A stretch of DNA of 64,000 nucleotides, taken from assembly GCA_963741955.1 (NCBI GenBank), contig CAVUKB010000004.1, positions 576,001 through 640,000 of the forward strand, in the 5' to 3' direction. Source of the DNA: an uncultured Acidobacteriota bacterium. Lineage in GTDB: Bacteria > Acidobacteriota > Thermoanaerobaculia > Gp7-AA8. The translations under genes and the position numbers were made by a program. Below the pieces are notes generated by a model that worked only from the letters and a program-made list of their open reading frames with translations, did no database searches and was not told the DNA's origin. Positions 9,672 to 19,135 of the stretch are shown one piece after another; the first letter of the stretch is position 1; every line of letters starts with the position of its first letter.

Positions 9672-11117
9672 TCAACGTCGTCCGAGCCGTTTCAGCACCG
9701 ACTGTGCCGCGTAGTAGCCGCACATTCCGTGAACCGCACCACCCGGGGGGGTGGATGCCGAACAGAGGAAGATCTTCGGATCGGGGGTGGAGTACGGGTC
9801 GATCTTCACCGCAGGACGGAAAAGGAACTGCCGGACGTCCTGCACGCCGCCGTTGATGTCCCCGCCGATCAGGTTCGCGTCGTGCTCTTCGAGCTCGAGC
9901 GTGTTGAAGGTGTGGCGCGCGAGAATGGTGTCGCGGAAGCCGGGAGCGAAACGCTCGACCTGTCGCTCGATCAGCTCCGACATCTCCTTCGTCGATCCGT
10001 GCGGCACGTGACAGTAGGCCCAGGCGGTGTGCTTTCCGGCCGGCGCACGCGTCGGATCGAAGAGGCTCGGCTGCGCAAGAAGCACGAACGGACGGCGGTC
10101 GTCCTCGCCTTTCCACGCCTCGGCTGCGGAGCGTGCGATCTCTTCCGCGCTTCCACCGAGGTGCAGCGTCCCGGCGCGGCGGCATTCGGGTGCGGTCCAG
10201 GGGATCGGCTCGGAGAGAGCCCAGTCGATCTTGAAGACCCCGGGCGCGTAACGCCAGCGTCGCAGCTGTGCGGTGTACCGCGGCGGCAGACGTTCTCCTG
10301 CGATCGAGAGAAGCTGGAGCGGCGTCACGTCGAGAACCACTGCGCGTGCCTCTTCGAAGTCGTCGAGAGAGCCGACCTGTGAGTCCGTCTCGATTCGTCC
10401 ACCATGTTCGCGAAGGAGCGAAGCGAGCGCGTTCGCAATCGACTGTGAACCTCCCCGGGGGATCGGCCAGCCGGCACCGTGGCCCGCGAGCGCGAGCATG
10501 ATCCCGAATGCAGCGGACGGAGTCTTCTCCATCGGAAGAAGGGCATGTGCAGCGATCCCGATGAACATTGCGCGTGCGCGAGGGCCGTCGAAGAGGTGGC
10601 GGACCAGACTCATCGCCGGTCGCATGCCGTACCACCCGAGGCGGGCCATGATGAATGGATGCCGGGGAATGTGGAACGGAGGAGCGAGGGCGTCCTCGAG
10701 TACGCCCTCCCAGTCACGAACGAATGGATCCATCAACCGTTGGTAGGCGCGACCGTCCGATTCGCCGAGACTCTCTCCGGTTGCCACCGTCGAGCGGTCG
10801 AGCACCGCGGCCGTTCCGTCGTCGAAAGGGTGCGCCATCATCAGTGGAGGGTGGATCCACTTGAGACCATGCTGTTCGAGCGGAAGAGTACGGAAGAACG
10901 GAGAGCCGATACCCATCGGATGGACTGCCGAGCAGACGTCGTGAACGAAGCCGGGGAGGGTCAACTCTTCAGATCGCGTTCCTCCGCCGATCTGTGAAGC
11001 CGCCTCGTGGACGACGACGCGATGACCTTCGCGGGCGAGCGCAACGCCGGCAGCGAGCCCGTTCGGCCCCGCCCCGACGACGATGATCTCCGCTCCTTCT
11101 GTCTTACCTTTCACCAC
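9672..11117 (-). CDS. FAD-dependent oxidoreductase, phytoene dehydrogenase-related family
   Basis: VGAGPNGL Rossmann motif, HDVCSAVHP, CSASTPPGGAVHGMCG. Confidence 0.88.
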   Translation of the reverse strand: MVKGKTEGAEIIVVGAGPNGLAAGVALAREGHRVVVHEAASQIGGGTRSEELTLPGFVHDVCSAVHPMGIGSPFFRTLPLEQHGLKWIHPPLMMAHPFDDGTAAVLDRSTVATGESLGESDGRAYQRLMDPFVRDWEGVLEDALAPPFHIPRHPFIMARLGWYGMRPAMSLVRHLFDGPRARAMFIGIAAHALLPMEKTPSAAFGIMLALAGHGAGWPIPRGGSQSIANALASLLREHGGRIETDSQVGSLDDFEEARAVVLDVTPLQLLSIAGERLPPRYTAQLRRWRYAPGVFKIDWALSEPIPWTAPECRRAGTLHLGGSAEEIARSAAEAWKGEDDRRPFVLLAQPSLFDPTRAPAGKHTAWAYCHVPHGSTKEMSELIERQVERFAPGFRDTILARHTFNTLELEEHDANLIGGDINGGVQDVRQFLFRPAVKIDPYSTPDPKIFLCSASTPPGGAVHGMCGYYAAQSVLKRLGRR

Positions 11118-11593
11118 TCCGAACAGCTCCGCTTCGGTCCGCCGCCGTAGAGAAACGCGGGACCGGGCCCGAAGATCAGCGGCGCGGTCGCAAGCGCCAC
11201 TTCCTGCCGCCAGGGACGATCGCGCGGATCCTTCTCCACTCCAGTGACGACTGCGCCGGGAGACCGCGAGAAAACGGGATCAGGTGCAGAAATCCGGCCC
11301 GCGCCACTCCCCCGGGAGCGGATGACGCTGCGTCCGTTCCTCCTTCAGAGCGTACACGATCGGACGGGATGTGGCGCACCCGAAATGGAACCCGGCCGCG
11401 GCGAGCCATGTCCACTTCAGCCGAGGGAGCGGCGTTTTCGCGCGGCGGGAGCCGCTTCATCAGGAGAGGGGCGGATCACGAAACGATGGAAGCTGAAAGC
11501 TCGAGGCCCGGAAGCTCTTTTGACCGGCGTGGGAAGATTTGGCCTTGAGCCATGGCTGGATCACGCCAGAGCTGCGCCATCCCTGAGGGCGGG

Positions 11594-12199
11594 TCAGGTG
11601 CGACGCCCCAGCCCCGAGCTTCCAGCCTCCATCGTCTCGATCTCCTCTCTCGAATGCATCTCTGATGTTTCGTGGCGCCGACGCCGAGCTCGCGGGAGCC
11701 GGACCGTCAGAAAACGTGCGAGTTCCTCCTCGATACCGAGAATCGTGCCGAGCTCCAGATGGGATCGGAGTTCGGCGAGCAGGCTTCTCGCAGGGAGTAG
11801 CTTCCCGATCACCGGCTCGATGCGTCTCCGACCGATCCGCGCGTGGATGCTGCGGGAGACCTCGACCGCCTCGATTCCTTCCTCGAGGGCGCGCCGGCAG
11901 ACTGCGCGCATGTAATAGCGATTGAACTCCTCTTCTGCGATTCTTGCTGCGGCGGAGGAGCGGCGCGACCGTCGCGACGTCGCCGACTCTTCGAGAATTC
12001 CCGGCGCATTGAGCTCGACCATCAGCTGGTCGGGAGTGCCGTTCCGAATTGCCGTTCCCATCTGTACCGCGTACCGGATCCGCCCTCGGACCGACAGACG
12101 CGGGCTGAAGTAGAGTGCACGGACCGACGCGTCGGCCGTGAACTCCAGAAGCATGAGCTGCCGTGTGTGCTCATCCAGATGCTCGAAGGTGAGCGGCAT
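11594..12199 (-). CDS. Hypothetical protein
   Basis: From ATG 12199 (MPLTFEHLDEHTRQLML..LYFSPRL..AEEEFNRYYMRAVCRRA) the composition is protein-like; AGGGGG RBS-like sequence upstream. Confidence 0.65.
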   Translation of the reverse strand: MPLTFEHLDEHTRQLMLLEFTADASVRALYFSPRLSVRGRIRYAVQMGTAIRNGTPDQLMVELNAPGILEESATSRRSRRSSAAARIAEEEFNRYYMRAVCRRALEEGIEAVEVSRSIHARIGRRRIEPVIGKLLPARSLLAELRSHLELGTILGIEEELARFLTVRLPRARRRRHETSEMHSREEIETMEAGSSGLGRRT

Positions 12200-12381
12200 G
12201 ATGCACCCCCTACAACTGGGAGTACCGCCAGGAAGGCAAAACGGTACCCCGGGGGACAAAGATTTTTTTCGCCTCCCGGAAATCGGGGAGCGATCGGCCG
12301 CCGGTGAGTGGCTCGACGAGACGGAATCGGGGAGCGATCCGAGACTCCGTCACCGGAATGTCACGTGCTCGACGGCCGGTT

Positions 12382-12418
12382 ATGACCGATCGGTCCTACA
12401 ATCCGACCGGTCGGTCAT
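12382..12418. promoter_or_regulatory. Putative TetR operator: 14-bp inverted repeat flanking a TACAAT -10-like hexamer
   Basis: ATGACCGATCGGTC-CTACAATCC-GACCGGTCGGTCAT (arms 13/14 complementary), ending 3 bp before the TetR start. Confidence 0.8.
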
Positions 12419-12421
12419 TTC

Positions 12422-13093
12422 ATGTCCACGATCTCCGAATCCACCCGCAAGCCGCTCTGGCGGTCTCACAGAAAGCGGGCGATCACCGACGCCGTGGTGC
12501 GGATCCTCTGCGAAGAGGGGATCGACGCGATCACCATGGAACGGGTCGCCGAGACCGCGGGGATCGCGAAGGGAACGATCTACCTTCACTACGCCGACAA
12601 GCAGGAACTGCTCGACGAAGTGAAGGAGGCGAGCCTCACGCCGATCACGAACAAGGTGATGGACCTCTTTGCGAGCGACATCGCTCCCGACCGGAAGATC
12701 GTCGCGTTCTCACTTCGCTATCTCGGCTATTTCGATGAGCACCGCGACCTCTTCCGAGTCCTTCTGTACGAGAGGGAGTTCACCCGGAGCGGTGCGAGTC
12801 GTTTCCGTTCGGAACGGTATCGAACCCTGCTCGAGGCGACGACCGCGGTGATCGAAGCGGGCATCGAGCAGAAGATCTTCCGCCCGGTCGACGCGCGGAA
12901 GACCGCCGGGATGTTCCTCGAAGCCCACCTCGCATTGATCGCGCAGCGCCTGCTGGGGATGGATCCGCTCCCGGTCGAAGAAGATGCGCGACTGGTCACC
13001 GACCTTTTTCTCTCCGGAGTGGGAATCCCCTCCGTGCCGAATCCAGACGGGGCGCAGCCTCGCCGCGCAACCCGAACGAGGTCAGCCAAATGA
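12422..13093 (+). CDS. TetR/AcrR family transcriptional regulator
   Basis: HTH ITMERVAETAGIAKGTIYLHYADKQEL; first gene of the efflux operon. Confidence 0.93.
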   Translation: MSTISESTRKPLWRSHRKRAITDAVVRILCEEGIDAITMERVAETAGIAKGTIYLHYADKQELLDEVKEASLTPITNKVMDLFASDIAPDRKIVAFSLRYLGYFDEHRDLFRVLLYEREFTRSGASRFRSERYRTLLEATTAVIEAGIEQKIFRPVDARKTAGMFLEAHLALIAQRLLGMDPLPVEEDARLVTDLFLSGVGIPSVPNPDGAQPRRATRTRSAK

Positions 13094-14538
13094 AGTATGG
13101 AAGGTTCGCTGTCGCCATCGTGGCGATGGTTCTCTCGTCCTCCTGTGCCGACGTCGCCGCGCTGCGTCATCCGACGCCGGGTGTTGCCCTCGCTCCGTCG
13201 GAGGAGTGGAAGGCGCCTGCGGACGCGGTTGCTCCGCCGCCCGTTGTCGCCGCGCCGGAGATTCCCGCTGCGTTGCTTCAGCCCGGCGCCGAGGTCTCGC
13301 TCGACCAGGTGATCGATGTGGCGCTCGCGAACAATCCCGCGACCCGCGCCTCCTGGATGACTGCGAAAGCGGCCGCGTCGCACGAAGCGTCCGCCCGCGC
13401 CGACTATTTTCCGGAGATCGACCTCGGCGCGCAGGTGATCCGGCAGAAGTCGGGATCGGGAGGGGGACGCAGTGCATACCAGCAGACCGTATGGGGTCCG
13501 ACCGCAGCGGTGAATTTTCTCCTTCTCGATTTCGGTGGGAGGGGCTCGCGCGTCCAGCAGGCACGAGATGCCCTGATTGCAGCGGACTTCGCCCACAACG
13601 CGACGATTCAGAACGTGGTCCTGCGGGTCGCTCAGGCCTATTACGGATACCTGAACGCGAAGACGCTCCTCTCCGCCCAGGAATCGACCGTCCGCGAGAT
13701 GCAGGCGAACTACGACGCGGCCGAAGCGCGGCATCGCGCCGGCGTGGCGACGATTGCGGACGTGCTGCAGGCGAAAACCTCGCTCTCGCAGGCGCAGCTG
13801 GTGCTCGAATCGATTCACGGAACGGTCCAGACGGTCCAGGGATCCCTCGCCGTGGCGGCGGGACTTCCCGCGACTACGACGTTCGAGGTCGGACTCCTCC
13901 CGCCGAGCGTTCCGGCCACCCAGGTGGGCGAGAGCATCGACTCATTGATCGATCGCGCCGTGCGAGCCCGGCCGGACCTTCTCCAGATGCGCGCACTGGC
14001 CGAGCGCGCACACGCGCGGATCCGCGAAGTACGCTCGCAGGGGCTTCCGACGCTCTCTCTCTCCTCGTCCGGGAGCCGGAACGACTACACCGGCGATCTT
14101 CAGCCTTCGACGAACTACAGCTTCGGTCTGCAGCTCCGCCTCCCCGTCTATACGGGGATGAAGAATGCGTTCGACGTACGCGAGGCGCGGGCGCTGGCGG
14201 AAGCCGCGGACGCACAGGCGCTCTCGTTTCAGCAACAGGTCGAGCTGGAAGTCTGGAGCTCGTACTTCGACCTGAAGACTGCGCAGCGCAGAGTCGCAGT
14301 CGCCCATGATCTTCTGGCGAGCGCCGAAGAATCGGAGAAAGTCGCCGCCGGACGTTACAAGGAAGGAGTCGGGAGCATCCTCGATCTCCTGACCGCACAG
14401 GCGGCACTCGAAAACGCACGCGCCGAGGAGATCACCGCACGAAGCGACTGGTTCCTCTCCCTGGCACAACTTGCTCACGACATCGGCTCGATCGACCTCG
14501 GCGAGGCGACGGGCGCTCAATCGACGGAGATCCAATGA
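13090..14538 (+). CDS. TolC-family outer membrane efflux lipoprotein
   Basis: Lipobox LSSSC; two OEP-like repeats (ALANNP, RYKEGVGSILDLLTAQ); ATGA overlap. Confidence 0.9.
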   Translation: MKYGRFAVAIVAMVLSSSCADVAALRHPTPGVALAPSEEWKAPADAVAPPPVVAAPEIPAALLQPGAEVSLDQVIDVALANNPATRASWMTAKAAASHEASARADYFPEIDLGAQVIRQKSGSGGGRSAYQQTVWGPTAAVNFLLLDFGGRGSRVQQARDALIAADFAHNATIQNVVLRVAQAYYGYLNAKTLLSAQESTVREMQANYDAAEARHRAGVATIADVLQAKTSLSQAQLVLESIHGTVQTVQGSLAVAAGLPATTTFEVGLLPPSVPATQVGESIDSLIDRAVRARPDLLQMRALAERAHARIREVRSQGLPTLSLSSSGSRNDYTGDLQPSTNYSFGLQLRLPVYTGMKNAFDVREARALAEAADAQALSFQQQVELEVWSSYFDLKTAQRRVAVAHDLLASAEESEKVAAGRYKEGVGSILDLLTAQAALENARAEEITARSDWFLSLAQLAHDIGSIDLGEATGAQSTEIQ

Positions 14539-15656
14539 ACAGCAGATTTCTATTTCGAGCTTCAGCCGCCGGCGCCATCGTCCTCGCCGCATCACTGACT
14601 GCCGGTTGTGGTGGAAAGGCCTCCGAGGTGCATCAGCCGGACGTCCCGGTCTCCGTCGCATCGGTCCTGCAACGCGACGAGCCGTTGCAGCTCCAGGCCA
14701 TCGGAACGGTGCAGCCCTTGCGTACGGTGGATGTCAAGTCTCTGGTCGGGGGAGAGCTGACTCGAGTCTACTTCCAGGAGGGAGAGGACGTGAAAGCGGG
14801 ACAGCGGCTGTTCGAGATCGATCCGCGACCGTATCGCGCGGCGCTCGCCCAGGCCGAGGCGAATCTGCAGCGCGACGTCGCCCAGGCGAAGAATGCCGCG
14901 GCTGAGGTCGAGCGCTACCGGGACCTGGTGGCGAAAGATTACGTGACGGCCGAGGCTTTCGACCGGACCGTCGCAGCATCGGAAGCTGCGCACGCTGTGG
15001 TCGCGGCCGACAAGGCCGCAGTCGAGAACGCGAAGCTTCAACTCGGCTACTGCGACATTCGTTCTCCGCTCGACGGACGCACCGGGACTCTCAACGTGCA
15101 CGCCGGGAACATGGTCAAGGCGAACGATGTCCCACTGGTGACGATCAATCAGATCGAGCCGGTGTATGCGACGTTCGCCGTGCCGGAGCAGTTTCTGTCG
15201 CAGATCCGGACCAATGACGGTCAGACGGTGGAAGCGAGATCGCCCCAGAACGGCCAGTCGCTCGGAACCGGGAGACTCACCTTCGTCGACAACGCCGTCA
15301 ACGAGTCGACCGGCACCATCACTCTGAAGGCGAAGTTCGTGAACGCGCAGCGGCGTCTCTGGCCCGGCGAGTTCGTGAACCTCGTACTCACCCTCGGCAC
15401 GGACCCCAACGTCGTCGTCGTTCCCTCGAGGGCGGTGCAGACCGGCCAGAGCGGACAGTTCGTCTACGTGGTGAAGAAAGACCGCTCGGTCGAGAACCGT
15501 CCGGTGACCGTCGCGCGGACCGTCAACGAGGAATCGATCATCGGGAGCGGTCTGGCAGCGGGAGAGGAAGTGGTCACCGACGGCCAGCTTCGACTCACTC
15601 CGAAGAGCCGCGTGGCGATCAAGCCGGCAGTGAAAGGAGAGGAGGCCGGTTCATGA
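14535..15656 (+). CDS. RND efflux periplasmic adaptor (MdtA-like)
   Basis: GEDVKAGQRLFEIDPRPY, IRSPLDG, TGTITLKAKFVN..LWPGEFV; lipobox LTAGC. Confidence 0.92.
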   Translation: MNSRFLFRASAAGAIVLAASLTAGCGGKASEVHQPDVPVSVASVLQRDEPLQLQAIGTVQPLRTVDVKSLVGGELTRVYFQEGEDVKAGQRLFEIDPRPYRAALAQAEANLQRDVAQAKNAAAEVERYRDLVAKDYVTAEAFDRTVAASEAAHAVVAADKAAVENAKLQLGYCDIRSPLDGRTGTLNVHAGNMVKANDVPLVTINQIEPVYATFAVPEQFLSQIRTNDGQTVEARSPQNGQSLGTGRLTFVDNAVNESTGTITLKAKFVNAQRRLWPGEFVNLVLTLGTDPNVVVVPSRAVQTGQSGQFVYVVKKDRSVENRPVTVARTVNEESIIGSGLAAGEEVVTDGQLRLTPKSRVAIKPAVKGEEAGS

Positions 15657-18600
15657 ACATCGCCTCGCTCTTCATCCGGCGTCCGGTCATGACCACGCTG
15701 GTCATGGCCGCAATCATCGTCTTCGGGGTGATGGGATACCGGCTGCTTCCGGTCAGCGATCTGCCGAACGTCGATTTTCCCACCCTGCAGGTGTCGGCAT
15801 CTCTTCCCGGAGCGAGTCCGGAGACGATGGCCGCGGCGGTGGCCACTCCACTCGAGAGACAGTTCTCGACCATCGCGGGACTCGATTCGATGAGCTCCGC
15901 GAGCGCGCTCGGCTCGACACAGATCACGCTGCAGTTCGCCCTCAGCCGCAACCTCGATGCGGCCGCGCAGGACGTGCAGGCTGCGATCGCGGCAGCGCAG
16001 CGGCAGCTCCCGCCGAACATGCCGAGTCCTCCTTCCTACCGGAAGGTCAATCCCGCCGATTCTCCGATCCTCTATGTCGCGCTGACCTCGGACACCATGC
16101 CGCTCTACACCCTGGACGAGTACGGATCGACGATGCTCGCCCAGCAGATCTCGACCGTCTCCGGCGTGGCCCAGGTCATCGTGTACGGATCGCAGAAGTA
16201 CGCAGTGCGGGTGCGTCTCGATCCGAAGCAGCTCGCGGCGAAAGGCATCGGAATCGACGAGGTGGCGGCCGCGATCCGCGGCGGGAACGTGAATCTTCCG
16301 ACCGGAGTGCTGTACGGTGATTCGCGGGCGTACACCGTCATGGCCAACGGGCAGCTGATCGACTCGGCCGACTACCGCCCCCTGACCGTGGCGTACCGCA
16401 ACGGTTCGCCGGTTCGTCTCGACCAGCTCGGGACGGTCGTAGACAGCGTGGAGAACGACAAGACCGCGGCATGGTTCATCAAGAGTCGCGCGGTCGTTCT
16501 CGCCATCCAGAAGCAACCAGGCACCAACACCGTCGCAGTCGCCGAGGGGGTCAAGTCTCTCCTTCCGACCTTCCGCAGGCAGCTGCCGTCCTCGGTGGAA
16601 ATGAACGTCCTCTACGACCGCTCGGAGTCGATCCGCGACTCCGTCAATGATGTCCGATTCACTCTGCTCCTGACCCTGATGCTGGTGGTCCTGGTGATCT
16701 TCCTCTTCCTGAGGAATCTCTCCGCGACGGTGATTCCCAGTCTGGCGTTGCCGTTCTCCATCGTCGGCACGTTCGCCGTGATGTACCTCCTCGGGTATTC
16801 GCTGGACAACCTGTCGCTGATGGCGCTCACCCTCTCGGTCGGATTCGTGGTGGACGACGCGATCGTCATGCTGGAGAACATCGTCCGGCACATGGAGATG
16901 GGCGAGCGCCCCATGACGGCCGCGCTCAACGGTTCCCGCGAGATCGGATTCACCATCGTTTCGATGACTCTTTCTCTCGCCGCAGTCTTCATCCCGGTTC
17001 TCTTCATGGGAGGAATTCTCGGCAGGCTGTTTCACGAGTTCGCCGTGACCATCGGCGCGGCGATCCTGGTCTCCGGCTTCGTCTCGCTCTCGCTCACGCC
17101 GCTGCTCTGCAGCCGCTTTCTACGGCCTCCGGGAGAGGAGCGTCATGGAAAGCTCTATCAGGCCTCGGAGCGCTTCTTCGCGAGACTGCTCGCGGGGTAC
17201 GAGAGGGGTCTGCGATTCGTGCTGGGCCACGCGCGCGCGACGCTGGTTCTGTCGCTCTCCATCCTCGTCGCGACGGCGTTGCTCTTCCATTTCATTCCGA
17301 AGGGTTTCATCCCGAGCGAAGATGCGGGACAGATCTTCATTCAGCTCCGGGCGCAGGAAGGGATCTCGTTCGACGACATGGTCCGGCACCAGCGCGCTGC
17401 GGCGGCCATCGTCGCCGCCGATCCGAATGTCGAGGCGTTCATGTCGAGCGCCGGTTCGCGCGGTACGTCCGGGGGCAACACCGGAGTTCTCTTCATCCAC
17501 CTCAAAGCGCGGGACCAGCGGAAGCTCTCCGCCGATCAGGTGATCGACGAGCTCCGTCCGAAGCTGAACGCGATTCCGGGCATCCTCGCGTTTCTCCAGA
17601 ACCCTCCACCGATCCGCATCGGCGGGCGCATGACTCAGGGGCAGTACCAGTACACGCTGCAGGGGTCGGATACCGACGAGCTTTACGCGGCATCGGAAAA
17701 ACTTCTCGCGAAGATGGATAAGCTTCCCGGGTTTCTGGACGTTTCGAGCGACCTGCAGATGAAGAACCCGCAGGTCACGGTGAACGTCGACCGCGATCGG
17801 GCCGCGTCCCTCGGTCTCACCGTGAGCCAGGTCGAGGACGCGCTGTTTTCCGCATACAGCGCGAGACAGGTCTCGACCATCTACGCGCCGAACAACGAGT
17901 ACCAGGTGATCATGGAGCTCGAGCCGCAGTACCAGCGGGATCCGGCGGCACTGTCGCTCCTCTACGTCCGCTCCTCGAGCGGGAAGCTCGTGCCGCTCGA
18001 CGTGGTCGCGAGCATCACCCCGACCCTGGGGCCACTGACCATCAACCACTCGGGACAGCTCCCGTCGGTGACGCTCTCGTTCAACCTCGCTCCGGGAACC
18101 TCTCTCGGAGACGCGGTGAAAGCCGTCGAGAACGTCGCCCGCGAGACGCTCCCGGCGACCATCACCACCAGCTTCCAGGGAACCGCCCAGGCTTTCCAGT
18201 CTTCACTTCGCGGTCTCGGTCTTCTGCTGCTGATGGCAATCGCGGTCATCTACATGGTTCTCGGAATTCTCTACGAGAGCTTCATCCACCCGCTGACCAT
18301 CCTCTCGGCGCTTCCTTTCGCCGGTTTCGGTGCCCTCGCGACGCTGATGATCTTCCACGTCGATCTCTCGATCTACGCGTTCGTCGGCATCATCATGCTG
18401 GTCGGTCTGGTCAAGAAGAACGGCATCATCATGGTCGACTTCGCGATCGAGACGCAGCGCAGTTCGGGGAAGAGCGCGGTGGACGCCATCTACGAGGCGT
18501 GTGTGGTCCGCTTTCGTCCGATCATGATGACCACCATGGCCGCACTGATGGGAACCCTCCCCATCGCACTCGGTCTCGGCGCCGGCGCGGAAGCGCGTCG

Positions 18601-18781
18601 TCCGCTCGGACTCGCCGTGGTCGGAGGTCTCCTTTTCTCCCAGACGCTGACCCTCTTCGTCACGCCGGTGTTCTTCGTCTACATGGACCGGCTGCAGGAG
18701 TGGCTGCGGGGAAGGAAGAGAGCGACGGAGAAACTGACGGCCGACGAGACGGCAGGGGAGGCGGTGGAGGCGCCGGTCTGA
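15653..18781 (+). CDS. RND efflux permease (MdtB/MdtC-like)
   Basis: FIRRPV start, GFVVDDAIVMLENI, GLVKKNGI, RFRPIMMTT; 1042 aa. Confidence 0.95.
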   Translation: MNIASLFIRRPVMTTLVMAAIIVFGVMGYRLLPVSDLPNVDFPTLQVSASLPGASPETMAAAVATPLERQFSTIAGLDSMSSASALGSTQITLQFALSRNLDAAAQDVQAAIAAAQRQLPPNMPSPPSYRKVNPADSPILYVALTSDTMPLYTLDEYGSTMLAQQISTVSGVAQVIVYGSQKYAVRVRLDPKQLAAKGIGIDEVAAAIRGGNVNLPTGVLYGDSRAYTVMANGQLIDSADYRPLTVAYRNGSPVRLDQLGTVVDSVENDKTAAWFIKSRAVVLAIQKQPGTNTVAVAEGVKSLLPTFRRQLPSSVEMNVLYDRSESIRDSVNDVRFTLLLTLMLVVLVIFLFLRNLSATVIPSLALPFSIVGTFAVMYLLGYSLDNLSLMALTLSVGFVVDDAIVMLENIVRHMEMGERPMTAALNGSREIGFTIVSMTLSLAAVFIPVLFMGGILGRLFHEFAVTIGAAILVSGFVSLSLTPLLCSRFLRPPGEERHGKLYQASERFFARLLAGYERGLRFVLGHARATLVLSLSILVATALLFHFIPKGFIPSEDAGQIFIQLRAQEGISFDDMVRHQRAAAAIVAADPNVEAFMSSAGSRGTSGGNTGVLFIHLKARDQRKLSADQVIDELRPKLNAIPGILAFLQNPPPIRIGGRMTQGQYQYTLQGSDTDELYAASEKLLAKMDKLPGFLDVSSDLQMKNPQVTVNVDRDRAASLGLTVSQVEDALFSAYSARQVSTIYAPNNEYQVIMELEPQYQRDPAALSLLYVRSSSGKLVPLDVVASITPTLGPLTINHSGQLPSVTLSFNLAPGTSLGDAVKAVENVARETLPATITTSFQGTAQAFQSSLRGLGLLLLMAIAVIYMVLGILYESFIHPLTILSALPFAGFGALATLMIFHVDLSIYAFVGIIMLVGLVKKNGIIMVDFAIETQRSSGKSAVDAIYEACVVRFRPIMMTTMAALMGTLPIALGLGAGAEARRPLGLAVVGGLLFSQTLTLFVTPVFFVYMDRLQEWLRGRKRATEKLTADETAGEAVEAPV

Positions 18782-19004
18782 GTGGAACTGGGCGGGGCGT
18801 GTGTGCGTTCGATCGGCATCGCGTTTCGATCAGCGCGCACGCCACGGCGTCCCGGCGATCGACGCGAGCTGTCTCCACCGGCTCTCGACGTGCCACCGGA
18901 CGGACGGGAACTTGTCCGGCGTCGTCACACAGAGCGGTGACGCCAAAGCTTGTCGGGGCAGAGCATCTCACTGAGAATCCTTCCATCCGGCCCAGACCGA
19001 TCGT

Positions 19005-19087
19005 CCGAAAAGGCAAAGCCGCCGCGAGGTGGCGACGCAAAGCCGAGGATCTCCCGCCCGTCCCGGGAGACTGCCGGGCTACCGAAG
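19005..19087 (+). ncRNA. Cyclic di-GMP-I (GEMM-I) riboswitch aptamer
   Basis: AAAAGGCAAA-GCCGCC-GCGA-GGTGGC-GACGCAAAGCC...CTGCCGGGCTACCGAA matches the class consensus (GNRA loop on P2, GACGCAAAGC junction, 3' TACCGA). It lies ~50 nt upstream of a CDS. Confidence 0.9.
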
Positions 19088-19135
19088 CATCACGGAGGTG
19101 CGCGGAGCAAATTCGCTACCGAAAGGATGCCAGCA

